A stretch of 64,000 bases of DNA from Eledone cirrhosa (Eukaryota), in the NCBI GenBank assembly GCA_964016885.1, contig OZ024741.1, forward strand, positions 19,840,001 to 19,904,000, given 5' to 3'. The notes under the pieces are model-generated. The model was not told the DNA's origin. It saw only the letters and a program-made list of their open reading frames with translations, and ran no database searches. How positions within the stretch are numbered: the stretch's first letter is position 1; every line of letters begins with the position of its first letter. Below are positions 28,514 to 41,636 of the stretch, in pieces. The position numbers and the translations under genes are program-made.

Positions 28514-30745
28514 TTAGTTAAGCAAAGCAAGACCACAAATTTCACAAGGAAGACATTATTAAAAGATTGTCAACATATTTTAGTTTGATGTAAAGAATGT
28601 AGAGAATAATAATAATAATATTAATAATAATAATGTCCGTTTACAATTGTTTCGCTACTCCATATAATATTTCTGGATCAAATGACTATATATCATTATT
28701 GATCTGGTTCAGTTGAAAATAATTAACATATTTAAAGACAGAGAGGCTCATCGGAACTTCAAAGGAATATAAATTAAAATAAGGAAAGAATGTTACATAA
28801 TGTAATGTTCCATATATTGGTATTTCACTATGGTGTCCTGGGTATATCAATTGTCTACCATAATCAAGCAGTATTCATCTGTCGAGGCTGCATTGTGTGA
28901 GATCTGCCTATGGGTAACAAGATGGCCGCCAATGGACATATTTACCTTTCTAATTAGAGGGTGGTTTCAGGGGAAGTAACTCCTCGAGAGATTAGAAATT
29001 GTGGGTAGTTTATAGTTAAGTGCTAATTCTTTCGTTTTTTAATTGAGAGACAATGTAGGGGAGGTAACTTATAATTATCTAAGTTAGTTATAGCTATTTA
29101 ACTTATTAGTTACAAGTAAAAATGGGGTTAGATGACTATGTTGGGTCAAATATTCTGTTGGCGAAGGAATTAGCCCTTCGATGTTGACAGCTAATAGTTA
29201 CCTCCGTTCTATCGTTAATCGGTAGAGGTCGTGATAGAGTTATGTAATATGCTTCGGTAATACAGAGATCACAAGATTTTCTTCGACAATTGAACGGTTG
29301 GGCCCTAGCTAAGATATCCCATGTTAGTGAGTGTTCAATGTTGGTTAATTTAAGGTTTTTATTAGCCTAGCTAGAGATGTCGAACATTGTTAGGGTCTCG
29401 GAAGGAAAAAGAGTGCGCGTTATATCGTACCGATATAGGAGCTGGTATTCGAAGCAGTTTTAACCGTGCAGCTATAGACTATGTTGGGTGTCATGCAGTG
29501 TCCATTTAGTGGGCATGCATTAGGGTAACGGCAGTTGCAGTTGCTTCTGCGGTTAGTGAGAGTAGGGTAGTTTGACCTAAGCGGTTGGTCAATATTATAA
29601 GGATTATATGGGGGAGGTGTGCTACTAGAGTAAGTATTAGTGTAGTGGCGTGGTGTATTTGATAGGGCTGGTGGTACCGCGGTGTGGGAGTTATATTGTC
29701 TTTGTTTATGATGGTTACTGAATGCGATGTGGCTAGCTAGGTTAGGTGTTGTGGAGAATGAGATTTTAATGTTATTTTTATTAAAGAGTTTGTAATATCT
29801 ATGGTTGGGGGTGGAATGTTTAGATAGAATAGAGAAGAAGCGTTTAGGGATATTAGTGGCTAGATTAGATGAGAATGGGCAGACCATCATTGAATTCAAC
29901 GGAGCACTCTGGACTAGAAAAAACAGAACAGACAACTTTGACATCACGATGGGCTCAAGTGACTCTGCGCAAATCACCGATTTAGTTGGAATTTACCTAT
30001 TACGTAACACCAGAGCCGAAATCCAACCCTTGCAAGGCGGAATATACAGGGACGACGCTCTATTTGCAATCCACAATTGCACTAATCGAGGCATTGAATT
30101 GCTCAAAAAACAATTACATAGATTCTTTAAAAATAACGGTCTCTCTATCACCATCGAGCCGAACCATAAAGTAGTAAACTTCCTTAACAATAACCTATAT
30201 TACCCTTACCATAAACCAGGTCAAATACTTACATATATTAGCCCACACTCTAACCATCCACCGGCAGTCATCAGAGCAGTAATCAAATCTATCTCGTATA
30301 GGATCTCCATGCTATCAGCAAATGAGGAGATATTTATAAACCTTGTACCATATTATAATAAGGCTCTATCTGAATCTGGTTATGAACAATCCATTTACTA
30401 CATACCTAAATGCCATAACACAGCAATTCACCATAATAAACTTAACACTAGAACTAGAATACCTTAGCATATAGTCAGATTCGCCGGAATTTTAGCAGTT
30501 ACAGCACCTATACAGGGAACTTTAATGGTGGCAGCGGCCTGCTCCCCACTCCAAGTAGCAAACTAAAAATCAACCCCAGAATAGGAATGAGAAATGGGAT
30601 GACAAATAACAAATCCCCAGGTAATAATAACCCTAGGAAGGCCCCTAGCAACTCCACTAGAACCCCTAGAAGGAATAGGCCTAAAAATATCACCTGGCTT
30701 AACCCCCATTCTCATCTAATCTAGCCACTAGTATCCCTAAACGTC
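28510..30745. mobile_element. Naiad-type PLE fragment with internal inversion (3' part on minus 28510-29880; RT part on plus 29880-30745)
   Basis: Plus: FDITMGSSDSAQITDLVGIY, GIYRDDAL, SNHPP. Minus: KISFSTTPN, CNCR..CPLNGHC..VYSC..YIG, CDLCITE. Degenerate HHR on minus at ~28638-28758. Confidence 0.85.
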
Positions 30746-30925
30746 CGGAGCAAATTTTATCAAGTGATAAAATTTGCTCCGGACGTAACACCCGTGTCTG
30801 AAAGAACCCGCAGAAGTAGAATCAGCCAGATCCATACAAGGACCATGACTCGAGCTACATGCCAGCGAAACATTTGTAACACGAAATAAACTAAGTCCAG
30901 ATGCATCACTGATTTTTCGTTTCCT

Positions 30926-30930
<5 letters not shown>
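30745..30930 (+). mobile_element. PLE pseudo-LTR fragment with hairpin 5' end and variant HHR (CTGAAAGA)
   Basis: Same family as 49060-49228 and 44583-44750 (minus). Confidence 0.8.
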
Positions 30931-30956
<26 letters not shown>

Positions 30957-30961
<5 letters not shown>

Positions 30962-31237
30962 ATATAGAAATGGCTTCTACGGGACTAGAACTGTTTCATT
31001 CGGAGGAAATCATCAGGAAAGCCGACTGTCAATGCAATATGGTGGTATTTATATATGTACCTCCAGAACATGTATAAATACCACCATATTGCATTGACAG
31101 TCGGCTTTCCTGATGATTTCCTCCGAATGAAACAGTTCTAGTCCCGTAGAAACCATTTCTGTATTAAATATTTATACTCTGCTATGTATTGAGTACCTTA
31201 CTTACTGTGGTTACCCCCGATTGAACCCGGGATAACT
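30957..31237. mobile_element. Palindromic PLE remnant, ~97-bp arms, HHR in each arm, tail on plus
   Basis: 30957-31053 is inverted versus 31073-31169; HHR at 31103-31154 (+) and ~30972-31023 (-). Confidence 0.85.
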
Positions 31238-31574
31238 ATTATATATATATATAAACATTATATATATACAGTTATTTGAGAAAACAATACCATATTTCGG
31301 GACTGTGCATATCAAATAATCAAAATAAGAGAGGTAAACTTTGTTCCATATTATGTTTTTCTGTTGAGGTTCTAGCTGTCTGAATAATGGTTATCACCGA
31401 AATATATGTAACGGCGAATATTAATAAACGAAGCTAATTTTAACCTGTTGACTTACACTTCTTTTTAAATTACTCTGGAGTGAACAGACCCATCTGCGCA
31501 CATCGTTGAGTGCTCTACGCTGCATACTATGGTGTCGGTAAATAATAACACATACTCAAATTTATATATATATA

Positions 31575-32245
31575 AAGTGGCGACAATGTGCAGACGACTT
31601 GCTGGCTGGATCTTGAGGACTTTCCGGACAAGAGACCGAGAGACCATGTTGAAACTATGGAGGACATTTGTCCTAAGCCGCCTGGATTATTGCTCCCAGT
31701 TGTGGTCACCCCATAGTGTCAAACTAACCACAGAACTTGAGCAATCCAACGAAGCTACACCAAGAGGATTGCCATGATGAAGGAGATAAGCTACTAGAAC
31801 GAAGAAGGGAGAGATACGCAGTGATATGCATATAGAAGGTCCTGGTGGGAACAGCACCAAACTTTGGCATTGGGAGCTGGACCAACCCACGAACAGGACG
31901 TCACTGTGTGGTGCCAAAGATCCGTCTTCCACGTCTAGAATAAGGAGCAGATATTGTAATAGCCTGGGGTTCAAGGGCCCTCAACTCTTATACAAGCTGC
32001 CGAGGGATCCGAGAGATCTGCATGGTGCGGACGTAGATGTTTTCAAGAAACATCTCGACACCTTGCTATCCAGAATCCCGGATGAGCCTACAGCAAGGCA
32101 CGAGGGAAACCTAAGATCAACAGCAATGAACTCCCTCTTGCACCAGTGACCAACCAATACAAGCTGGAGATAAAATGTGTTGCAACAAGGGCGGTGCCCC
32201 AGCATGGCCTCAGCCGAATGGCTGGAACAGGTAAAAGAGTAAAAG
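31575..32245 (+). mobile_element. CR1/L2-group LINE 3' fragment
   Basis: GWILRTFRTRD..SRLDYCSQLWSPH; GPQLLYKLP..FKKHLD.LL..IPDEP; GTAAAAGA repeat tail. Confidence 0.8.
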
Positions 32246-32274
32246 ATATATATATATATATATATTTATTAAAA

Positions 32275-32700
32275 TAACAGATTAAAGTTTAAGCAAAGAA
32301 TCGCTGCTTTCAGGCTCCCTCGGTTGAGCACTCTATTGACTTATATTCATCATGCAGAAACAACACCTGAATATTTCTACAAAGAACATACCCATACCAA
32401 GCAGGAAAACATACCTAAAACTCCTGATACAGAAAACAGACGCGTTCATTAAAAGGTTGCGTTGGCGTGGCTTTTATTTCGATAATCCGCGAAAAGCAGA
32501 CAACAAACAGGATAAATTTGGGTTTAAAACCTATAATAACCCTCCGTGTAACCCAGCATTGCTACCCTTCGAAAATGATGTCTTGGATCTCATACAGAGT
32601 ATCAAATTTCGGAATAGGAGCAATTCCTTCCAGCAGGACCTGAAGAATAGAATTCGTTCTATTAAGGATTCTAATGCCGTGCACGTCCATTCCGACAAAA
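32275..32700 (+). mobile_element. Naiad-type PLE 5' end / ORF N-terminus, truncated by a SINE
   Basis: STKNIPIPS..Y...L..KT..FIKRLRW..FGFKT..FENDV..IKFR..SDKT, homologous to the start of ORF 42307-44529. Confidence 0.75.
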
Positions 32701-32878
32701 CTTTTGGCACAAGGCCATCAATTACTCAGTGCATTACTGGTACTTTATTTTATAGACCCCCGTAAGGATGAAAGGCAAAGTCAACCTCGGTGGGATTTGA
32801 ACTCAGATCGTAAAGGGACATAACTATGTTGGAAAGCATGGCGTCCGACCCTCTGCCGATACTGCCAATCCACCGCCT
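32700..32878 (-). mobile_element. tRNA-derived SINE
   Basis: Same family as 8530-8720. Confidence 0.85.
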
Positions 32879-32879
32879 T

Positions 32880-33248
32880 TCTGATTGTGGATGTAGCCTG
32901 CCCATTCGACACAAGAGTGCAAGAGAAGGAGAGGGAGAACATTAACCGATACCAGGACTTAAAGTGGGAGGTAAAAAGGATTTGGAACTGCCATGAAGTC
33001 AAAGTAGTCCCGATTGTCATAGGCGCACTAGGTACTATCTCAAAGCGTTTCCAAGGATGGTTAAAGAAAATTGGTCCCGCTCCGCTTTTTGGAACACTTC
33101 AAAAGGCTGGGAACAGCAAGAACTCTCCGATACGTCCTGAATATCTGAGGCTGTAGGTAGTGGCTTGATATTCATTTCAACAAACTTTCCAGTTAATTAG
33201 CATCAATGACTGAGACTCAAAGAACAATAATGATAATAATAATAATAT
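32880..33248 (+). mobile_element. R4/Dong-like LINE 3' end (restriction-like endonuclease) with (TAA)n tail
   Basis: DVACPFD..E.E...RYQDL..E..RIW..VVPIVIGALG; near-identical to 55498-55837 (minus). Confidence 0.85.
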
Positions 33249-33424
33249 TGATTTCTTTATTGGCCACAAGGGCTGACATCAAGAAAAACATTACAGACGA
33301 CACAGGACGGTACAGGACGGTACGATGTGGGTTTTGTGCATGTAACTATTTTTATTATTTATATAAGAAAAGAAAAAAAAGACATAGAAACATATATATA
33401 TATAAACAATAAAAATGAAAATTT

Positions 33425-34165
33425 TAATAATAATTGTTTCTACGTTAGGCACAAGGCCAGCAAAAACCCAGTGTATTACTGGTACTTTATTTTATCGACC
33501 CCGTAAGGATGAAAGGCAAAGTTAACTAAATTGTAATAATAATACTGAGAAGAGAACTATCTCTGTGATAATGATACCCCCCCCCCCCTTGTTTGGATGT
33601 GTGTGAGTAGAGCACTATCTCTGTTAGAATGATAAGTTTTAAATTATATTCAATGTGGCGTGTTAACTGGTTTACCAATGTATACAATGAATTTATTTTG
33701 CCCTAGGTGTCAGGAAGACGCTCGGCTTATATCAGTACAATACTGAAGGAAAAAGAAAAACAAAATAATAATAATTGTTTCTACTTTTGGCACAAGGCCA
33801 GCAATTATCCCAGTGTATTACTGGTACTTTATTTTATCGACCCCGTAAGGATGAAAGACAAAGTTAACCTCGGCGGGATTTGAACTCAGACCATAAAGGG
33901 ACGTAACTATGCTAGAAATCATGGCGTCCGACCCTCTACCGATACTGCCAATCCACCGCCATATATAAAATAATTGTTTCTACTTTAGGCACAAGGCCAG
34001 CAATTATCCCAGTGCATTACTGGTACTTTATTTTATCGACCCCGTAAGTATGAAAGGCAAAGTCAACCTCGGCGGGATTTGAACTCAGATTGTAAAGGGA
34101 CGTAACTATGCTGGAAAGCATGGCGTCCGACCCTCTACCGATACTGCAAATCCACCGCCAATAAT
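33425..34165 (-). mobile_element. Cluster of tRNA-derived SINEs (33425-33527 partial, 33770-33960, 33968-34160)
   Basis: A/B boxes and conserved body. Confidence 0.88.
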
Positions 34166-34408
34166 TATTTGAAATGTGTGCGACCTAACGCAACTGACCA
34201 TAATAAAAGTCAACCCTATATAAACAATAGTTGAAAAAATCGGGACTAGTACAACTGAAGACAGAAGAATGTGGACAATCGAACCTCAAATATCGTTTAT
34301 TGGGAGCAACTGTTATTATTTTCGTTTGCGTTGGGACGTTTACGTTTCAAATATCAAATGTTCAAAATGGTTCTTAAGTCAACCGCTTTGTTTGCAGAAA
34401 TAATAACA

Positions 34409-34409
<1 letters not shown>

Positions 34410-34467
<58 letters not shown>

Positions 34468-34568
34468 GGTGGTGGTGATGATGATGATGATGATGGTGGT
34501 GGTGATTATGGTGGTGGTGATGATGGTGGTGATGATTATAATGATGATGGTAATAATAATGATGATGA

Positions 34569-34602
<34 letters not shown>

Positions 34603-34630
34603 GGTGATGATGGTGATGGTGATGATGATA
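34410..34630. repeat. (GAT)n/(GGT)n microsatellite
   Basis: Direct reading; also (CAT/CAG)n at 34770-34910 and (GGT/GTT)n at 36598-37175. Confidence 0.95.
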
Positions 34631-34911
34631 GAGACTATGATTTCTAACATTACCACTACACCGCAACCAAACAAATATTTTGCTAGAATGGTAAAATCGA
34701 TGAATTCGATTTCAGTAATTGACCCTCCTGCTGACATCATTATTGGACATGTGACAACAAATGCTAGAAATCATCATCATCATCGTTATCAGCAGTAGCA
34801 GCAACAACCTCATTATCAACATCATTGTCATCAATATCATCATCATCAGCAGCAGCAACATCATCATCAACAACAACATTACCATCATCATAATCATGAT
34901 CAACATCAACA

Positions 34912-35563
34912 GAAGTTCCTTCTTCGCAAATTTTCCTGCGAGGGTCGTAAGGACAGAGTCCTCAAACACTCCTTCCAGCGGGCCATGTCAGAAGCAACAG
35001 TCTTCAATTGATCCAGCTGAATCCCCAAGTGAAATCAGCCAAGCTAACGGATGTTATCCAACCATCTTGCTCAGGGTCTACCCTTGGGTCTCCTACCTGT
35101 TCGTTTTGCCTGTAAAATCTGTCCAACGATTCTTTCCTGAGACATTCTAGCCACATGCCCATAGTATCAGAGCTGTGATCTCTCAATTCAGAGTATAGCG
35201 GCTCTACCTGGAGTGACTCTTTGATCTCTGAGCTACAAATATGTCCAGTGATTCTTTCCTGAGACATTCTAACCACAGAGCCATAGTATCAGAGCTGTGA
35301 TCTCTCAATTCAGAGTATAGCGGCTCTACCTGGAGTGACTCTTTGATCTCTGAGCTACAAATATGTCCAGTGATTCTTTCCTGAGACATTCTAACCACAG
35401 AGCCATAGTATCAGAGCTGTGATCTCTCAATTCAGAGAAGTAGCGACTCTACCTGGAGCGACTCTTTGATCTTCAAGCTATAAATCTGTCCACCGATTCT
35501 TTCCAGAGACATTCTAGCCACATGCCCATAGTATCAGAGCTGTGATCTCTCAATTCGGAGAAG
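34912..35563 (-). mobile_element. RTE-clade LINE 3' end with internal ~122-bp tandem amplification
   Basis: EIKESLQVEPL..RMSQERI matches the RTE copy at 51620-52260; GATTCTTTCC.GAGACATTCTA recurs ~4 times. Confidence 0.75.
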
Positions 35564-35862
35564 TGTGAGGATATAATATAATCTTTATTCATTGTGTAGT
35601 ATTTTCCATCCATATCTCGCTTAAAACTTACAAAACTTACTCCTATAGACAGCTGGCCTGGCTACGTAAAACTGGTAGAGCAAACCATCCAAACTGGGTG
35701 ATTTGTACCTCGGCCAGGGCTTTGTTAACTGTTTTTCGCGGCAGTTCGCATCGACAGCCGTCGAGGGGTGCGGCAAGTGGTCGATGTAGGAACTGTTTAT
35801 GTCTGTGTGTATATATATAAATAGGTGAAAAACTTACAATACGTCGGCACAAACCAATAGCC

Positions 35863-36497
35863 AATAATAATTGTTTCTACTTTGGGCACAAGGCCAGCAA
35901 TTACCCAGTACATTACTGGTACTTTATTTTATCGACCCCGTAAGGGTGAAAGGCAAAGTTAACCTCGGCGGGATTTGAACTCAGACCGTAAAGGGACGTA
36001 ACTATGCTGACAAGCATGGCGTCCGACTCTCTACCGATACTGCCAATCCACCGCCTTACTGCCAATAATTTCTTATTTAGGCACAAGGCCAGTAATTTTG
36101 GGGGAGGGGAAAGTCGATTAAATCGACCCCAGTGCGTGACTGGTTCTTTATTTTATCGACCCTGTAAGGATGAAAGGCAAAGCTAACCTAGGCGGGATTT
36201 GAACTCAGAACGTAAAGGGCCGTAACACTATGCTGCAAAGCATAGCGTCCGGCGCTCTACCGATTCTGCCAATAATAATAATAATAATGATATCTAATAT
36301 AGGCACAAGACCAGCAATTTTGGGGGAGGGGAAAGTCGATTAAATCGATCCCAGTGTATTACTTGTACTTTATTTTATCGACCCCGTAAGGATGAAAGGC
36401 AAAGTTAAGCTCGGCGGGATTTGAACTCAGATCATAAAGGGCCGTATCTCTATGCCGTGCAGCAGGGTGTCCGAAACTCTACCGATTCTGCCAATAA
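35863..36497 (-). mobile_element. Three head-to-tail tRNA-derived SINEs (two subfamilies)
   Basis: 35863-36055, 36063-36272, 36285-36493; the latter two have an extra GGGGGAGGGGAAAGTCGATTAAATCGA segment. Confidence 0.88.
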
Positions 36498-37032
36498 TAA
36501 GTGTGTAGTACATAGCATTTATCTTGGATTATGTAGGATATCATTAAGAGTTTGGTTTATTTACTGAGAGTTAATGTTACAGATTGTATTTGTTTTAGAT
36601 GGTGGTGGTGGTGGTGGTGATGGTGGTGGTGGTGGTGATGGTGGTGGTGGTGGTGGTGGTGGTTGTGGTGGTGGTGATGGTGGTGGTGGTGGTGGTGTTG
36701 GTGGTGATGGTGGTGGTGGTGGTGGTGTTGGTGATGGTGGTGGTGGTGGTGGTGGTGGTGGTGGTGGTGGTGGTGGTGGTGGTGGTGGTGTTGGTGGTGG
36801 TGGTGGTGGTGTTGTTGTTGGTGTTGTTGTTGTTGGTGGTGGTGTTGGTGGTGGTGTTGCTGTTGTTGTTGGTGGTGGTGGTGATTGATGTTGTTATTGT
36901 TAATGTTTGTTCTGATTTTTGTTGTTTTTGTTGCAGCTGAATTTGTTGTTTTTAATGTTGATGCTAGTGGTTTTGTTATTGTTGTTGTTGTTGGTGGTGG
37001 TGATTCATGTTGTTGTTGTTGGTTGTGATTCA

Positions 37033-37063
<31 letters not shown>

Positions 37064-37105
37064 GGTGATTCATGTTGTTGTTAGTGGTGGTGGTGGTGAT
37101 TCATG

Positions 37106-37137
<32 letters not shown>

Positions 37138-37508
37138 GGTGATTCATGTTGTTGTTGTTGTTGGTGGTGGTGATGGCGGCTTTGTCGTCGTGGGCGTCGT
37201 TCTTCGAGCTGATATCGCAGCTTGTTCTGTAGTTAGTGTTTTTGTTCTTATGTTTCTGTCCAACTAACTCTATGGTTATTTACAGCCTAAGTTCCTTCAC
37301 TATAATAAATAGGGAGGTCTGTAGCTGTGGCTTTCGCAAACACTATAGGATTTTAAAATGGCGTCAGTCGTGAGCTGAAGTAGATTACACATGACAAGAG
37401 AGAAGTGTTATTTCAATATAGCTTCATGACACTTAAGTAGGTGAAAATGAAATGAGAAGAGGGAGGCGGTTGCACAAACACATTCACCACACGCTGTAGA
37501 CATATACA

Positions 37509-37596
<88 letters not shown>

Positions 37597-37620
37597 CATA
37601 AGTATGCATTTATACATATT

Positions 37621-37651
<31 letters not shown>

Positions 37652-37795
37652 TTGTACCTCTCTGCTTCCGCCTCTCTTACGATACGTATACCCTATTATA
37701 TATATATATAGATAGATATATAGATAGATAGATAGATAGATGTGTGTGTGCATACACACGCACACATACACACACACACACGCACACACACACAC

Positions 37796-37865
<70 letters not shown>

Positions 37866-38159
37866 ATATATATGTGTGTATATGTATATACGGCTGAGTA
37901 TATGTATGTGTATATATATGAACATATGTATAGACGGATGAGTAAATGTATGTGTGCATGCTGGTATGTATGTGTGTATGTATGCATGTATGTAAATATG
38001 TATGTGTGCATGTATGTACAGTATATATGTATGTATGTATCTGTGCATTTATGTATGTATCTGTGCATGTATCCGTGTATGTATGTGTGTATGCATGAAT
38101 GTATGTACATATGTTGTAATGGAGAGGTGACCAAGTCAACAATAAGCTGGCTTACTTAT

Positions 38160-38550
38160 TTATCATGATGTTGGCATCATCTTTAAACTACACCCAAGGC
38201 TTGGGCCCCTTGCTATCTGCCCACAACAAAAACTAAACTTGCATCTCATAACAACAATACGGCACAATTATTTCACCTCAATTGGCCCCACTCTCTTTAA
38301 CATTACACCAAAACACATTAAAACAGAAACAGACCCCATAAAATTGAAAACGTCTTTGGATAAATTCATCAAAATATTCTGGATAAGCCTTCTACACCCG
38401 GATATGTCTCCAAAAGTAATAACTCTCTAATTGAGTGAGCCATTCTGCCCAAATCCGGATTTGAAAGTCTTCGCCAGGTGGTACTTGTAAGTTAAACATG
38501 GCTTGGACCAATACTGGCTGAAATCTATCAACGTTATCAAAGTTAAGTCA
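38160..38550 (+). mobile_element. CR1/L2-group LINE 3' fragment
   Basis: LITTIRHNYFTSIGP.LFNITP; same family as 627-1326. Confidence 0.85.
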
Positions 38551-38818
38551 TATACTACCAAGTCGTACTCAAATGACGGCTGCAGTTATTTATCTTTCAT
38601 AATTTCAAATTTACAGCTAATATTCCAGTTTCAGACTAAACCCTTTATTCTATATATTGTTTCAATTCACTAAGCAACCATAACGTTCTAGTAAACAAGC
38701 GTACTATCCAGGGAGGGGTTTATCACCTTTCACATTCACAAACCGAAGTGGAAGTTTGATACCAGATTTCCACTGTCTACCATACGGCCAACTGAACTAA
38801 ATGTAACAATTAAAATGT

Positions 38819-38887
<69 letters not shown>

Positions 38888-39404
38888 CATAGACTAGAGT
38901 ATGTATGTATATATGTGTGTGTCTATACGTGTGTATATAAAGATAAGTTGAGTATGAAAATGTATACACATGAACGCGTATGTATGTACATGAATACATG
39001 TGTGTATATATATATGTATGCATGTATATATGTATGTAAGTATGAACATGTTACTATGTGAATGCGAGTATATGTATTTTGTAGAGGTGTGCAAATATGT
39101 TTGTGTGTGAATGCGTGGGCGAAAGGATACGTACACTTGAAAGAAAAATTTAAGTCTGAATGTTAATTAAGTGCAAACACAAAACCAACCACGCATATCT
39201 TTACTATCTCTAATCCTCTATAGATTTAGAAAAATAACCAATAATATATTCTATAAAAATGTCAAAACAACAGATGGGAATCTAATTACTCACTGCCACC
39301 AAAAATTCTCACTGCTATCAAAAAACCACTCCCTCAACTATTCTTCTAACAACTTCACCCCTCCCTCCTAATATTCTCTATAAAAACCAAACAGGTCCTC
39401 AGTA

Positions 39405-39528
39405 ATATTACTCTGATGAAATGACAGTAGATAATAACATTGAAATATTGAATGTCTGCATAACTAATACTTTGTAGATAGCAGCTGTTTTCAGGTTATG
39501 TAACTGTTATAGAAACGCGTGTCAATAA
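39405..39528 (+). ncRNA. HHR with long stem II in a PLE 3' remnant (~39150-39680)
   Basis: CTGATGA-a atgacagt...actgttat a-GAAAC-GCGT-GTC-aata. Confidence 0.6.
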
Positions 39529-39675
39529 ATTCCTTTCAACTAAACTGTATCCATTCAAATCTTTCTATTTTTCTCCGGATTACTTTTGGAACTACAACTG
39601 GAACCGTCGAGCAAACTCTACGTGAGCTGTCAATCTACTGTGTGTAATATTTATATTACAACACAACGGAAAATA

Positions 39676-39742
<67 letters not shown>

Positions 39743-40270
39743 CATGCATACACATATATACATACACACATACATACCCATAAATACATATATACACACA
39801 TGTGTATACACATATATATATACACACACATACATACATACACATACGTATATATATAAATGTATACTCACACATGTCCACACATACATACGAATACACA
39901 TACGCAGATAAACATTACCTACACACGTACATACACACACATATATATATATATACATATATACACACAAAAGAAAAGGGACAACTTAACATGCGTACGC
40001 ACATCCACACATATACATACAAATACCCACGCATATGCCGATATACATACATCTACACATGCATACGCATACGTGTTGCCACATGCATACGCATACGTGT
40101 TGCCACATGCATATACCTGCACGCATGCACATCTGCCTACACACACAAAAGTGCCACCACATATACATATGTAAGTGAACAGTTAAAAATACATTATGCA
40201 ATAAAAACAGTATAATAACGGTAAATTATCGTAACATAAAAAAATATACAATGTAATATAATATACAATA

Positions 40271-40325
<55 letters not shown>

Positions 40326-40714
40326 CTTATTATACATATATACGCACACATATATACACATATATATATATACACACACACACGTACACGGACTCATACA
40401 TACATATACGGATATATATAGAGGATATGTGATAAAATAATACAACAATAATAATAGTAATCATAATAAAAAGCATATATAGTCCATATATAATCATCCG
40501 CACACATTCCTATGAGATGCACATAAACACATACTTGTATGCACAAATACATATACACACATATAGAGGCCCGCAAATGCATGCACCTGCACCTACATCC
40601 ACATATATACATATACACACACACATATATATACGCACACTTACCCACCCGTACACACACACACGCCTACTCATACATGGCTATACTTACATACTCACAC
40701 ATACACATATAGGC

Positions 40715-40747
<33 letters not shown>

Positions 40748-41636
40748 TGCTCATGTATAGACACACATATACACACACCCACACACACATACAAGCACAT
40801 TCCGCCACATATGTATGCATATGCACACCTCTATACCTATAAGCTCGTGCACACACGCACCCATGCCCATACACACACCCGGGCGCCCACCCACGTATAT
40901 ATATATATATGTACATACGCATATACTCACACACACACGCACATATACTCACACACACACGCACATATACCCACACACATGTCCACACATAAAAACTCGT
41001 GAACATAAACACAATATGATAATAAAATAAAATACTTAAATAAATTTACAATATTTTAGGATACATTAAAATCTCTATGTAACTGCATAAATGGGTACAA
41101 GAAAAGAAGGGGTAAATAAAGGAACGGGTATAATAAAAAAGAAAAAGGGTGGGTGGGTGTACAGGAGAAGGTGCGTGCGTCCATGCGATATACTACACAC
41201 AGGTATTCTGAGATGTAAACTTGTGTCCGTGTATAGAACAGGTAACAGTAACACAACAATGATATAACAATATTAACAATTACTATTCCAAAGTGGAACA
41301 GGTGTAGAGTATATAGTCATGATTGACTGTGTACACATTCAATGTGACGCCCGCCATGGTCGCCATGGGGCATGGCACCGTGGATGGGGTGTGCTGTTCT
41401 AAACGTTTAGTGCACAGGTTCGGGTGGCAGTGAGCCCCGTGACAGCCGGTCCCGGCCCATGCGATGTATCTTCCAATGTTGTGTGCCCGGTCACGTGCGC
41501 ACCCGGTTTACATATGATTGCCCCACGGGTCGGACATCGTCATCATGGCATGACGTCAGGTCCCCTAATCCCGCTAGACCAATCGGGTCTGTGCGTTCTC
41601 ATTCCCATGTCCCCTGCCTGCGTCACCCAGCGGATT

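Noticed and set aside
33870-33960. tRNA genes
   Set aside because: A/B boxes belong to SINE heads; no complete cloverleaf, and each is followed by the SINE body.
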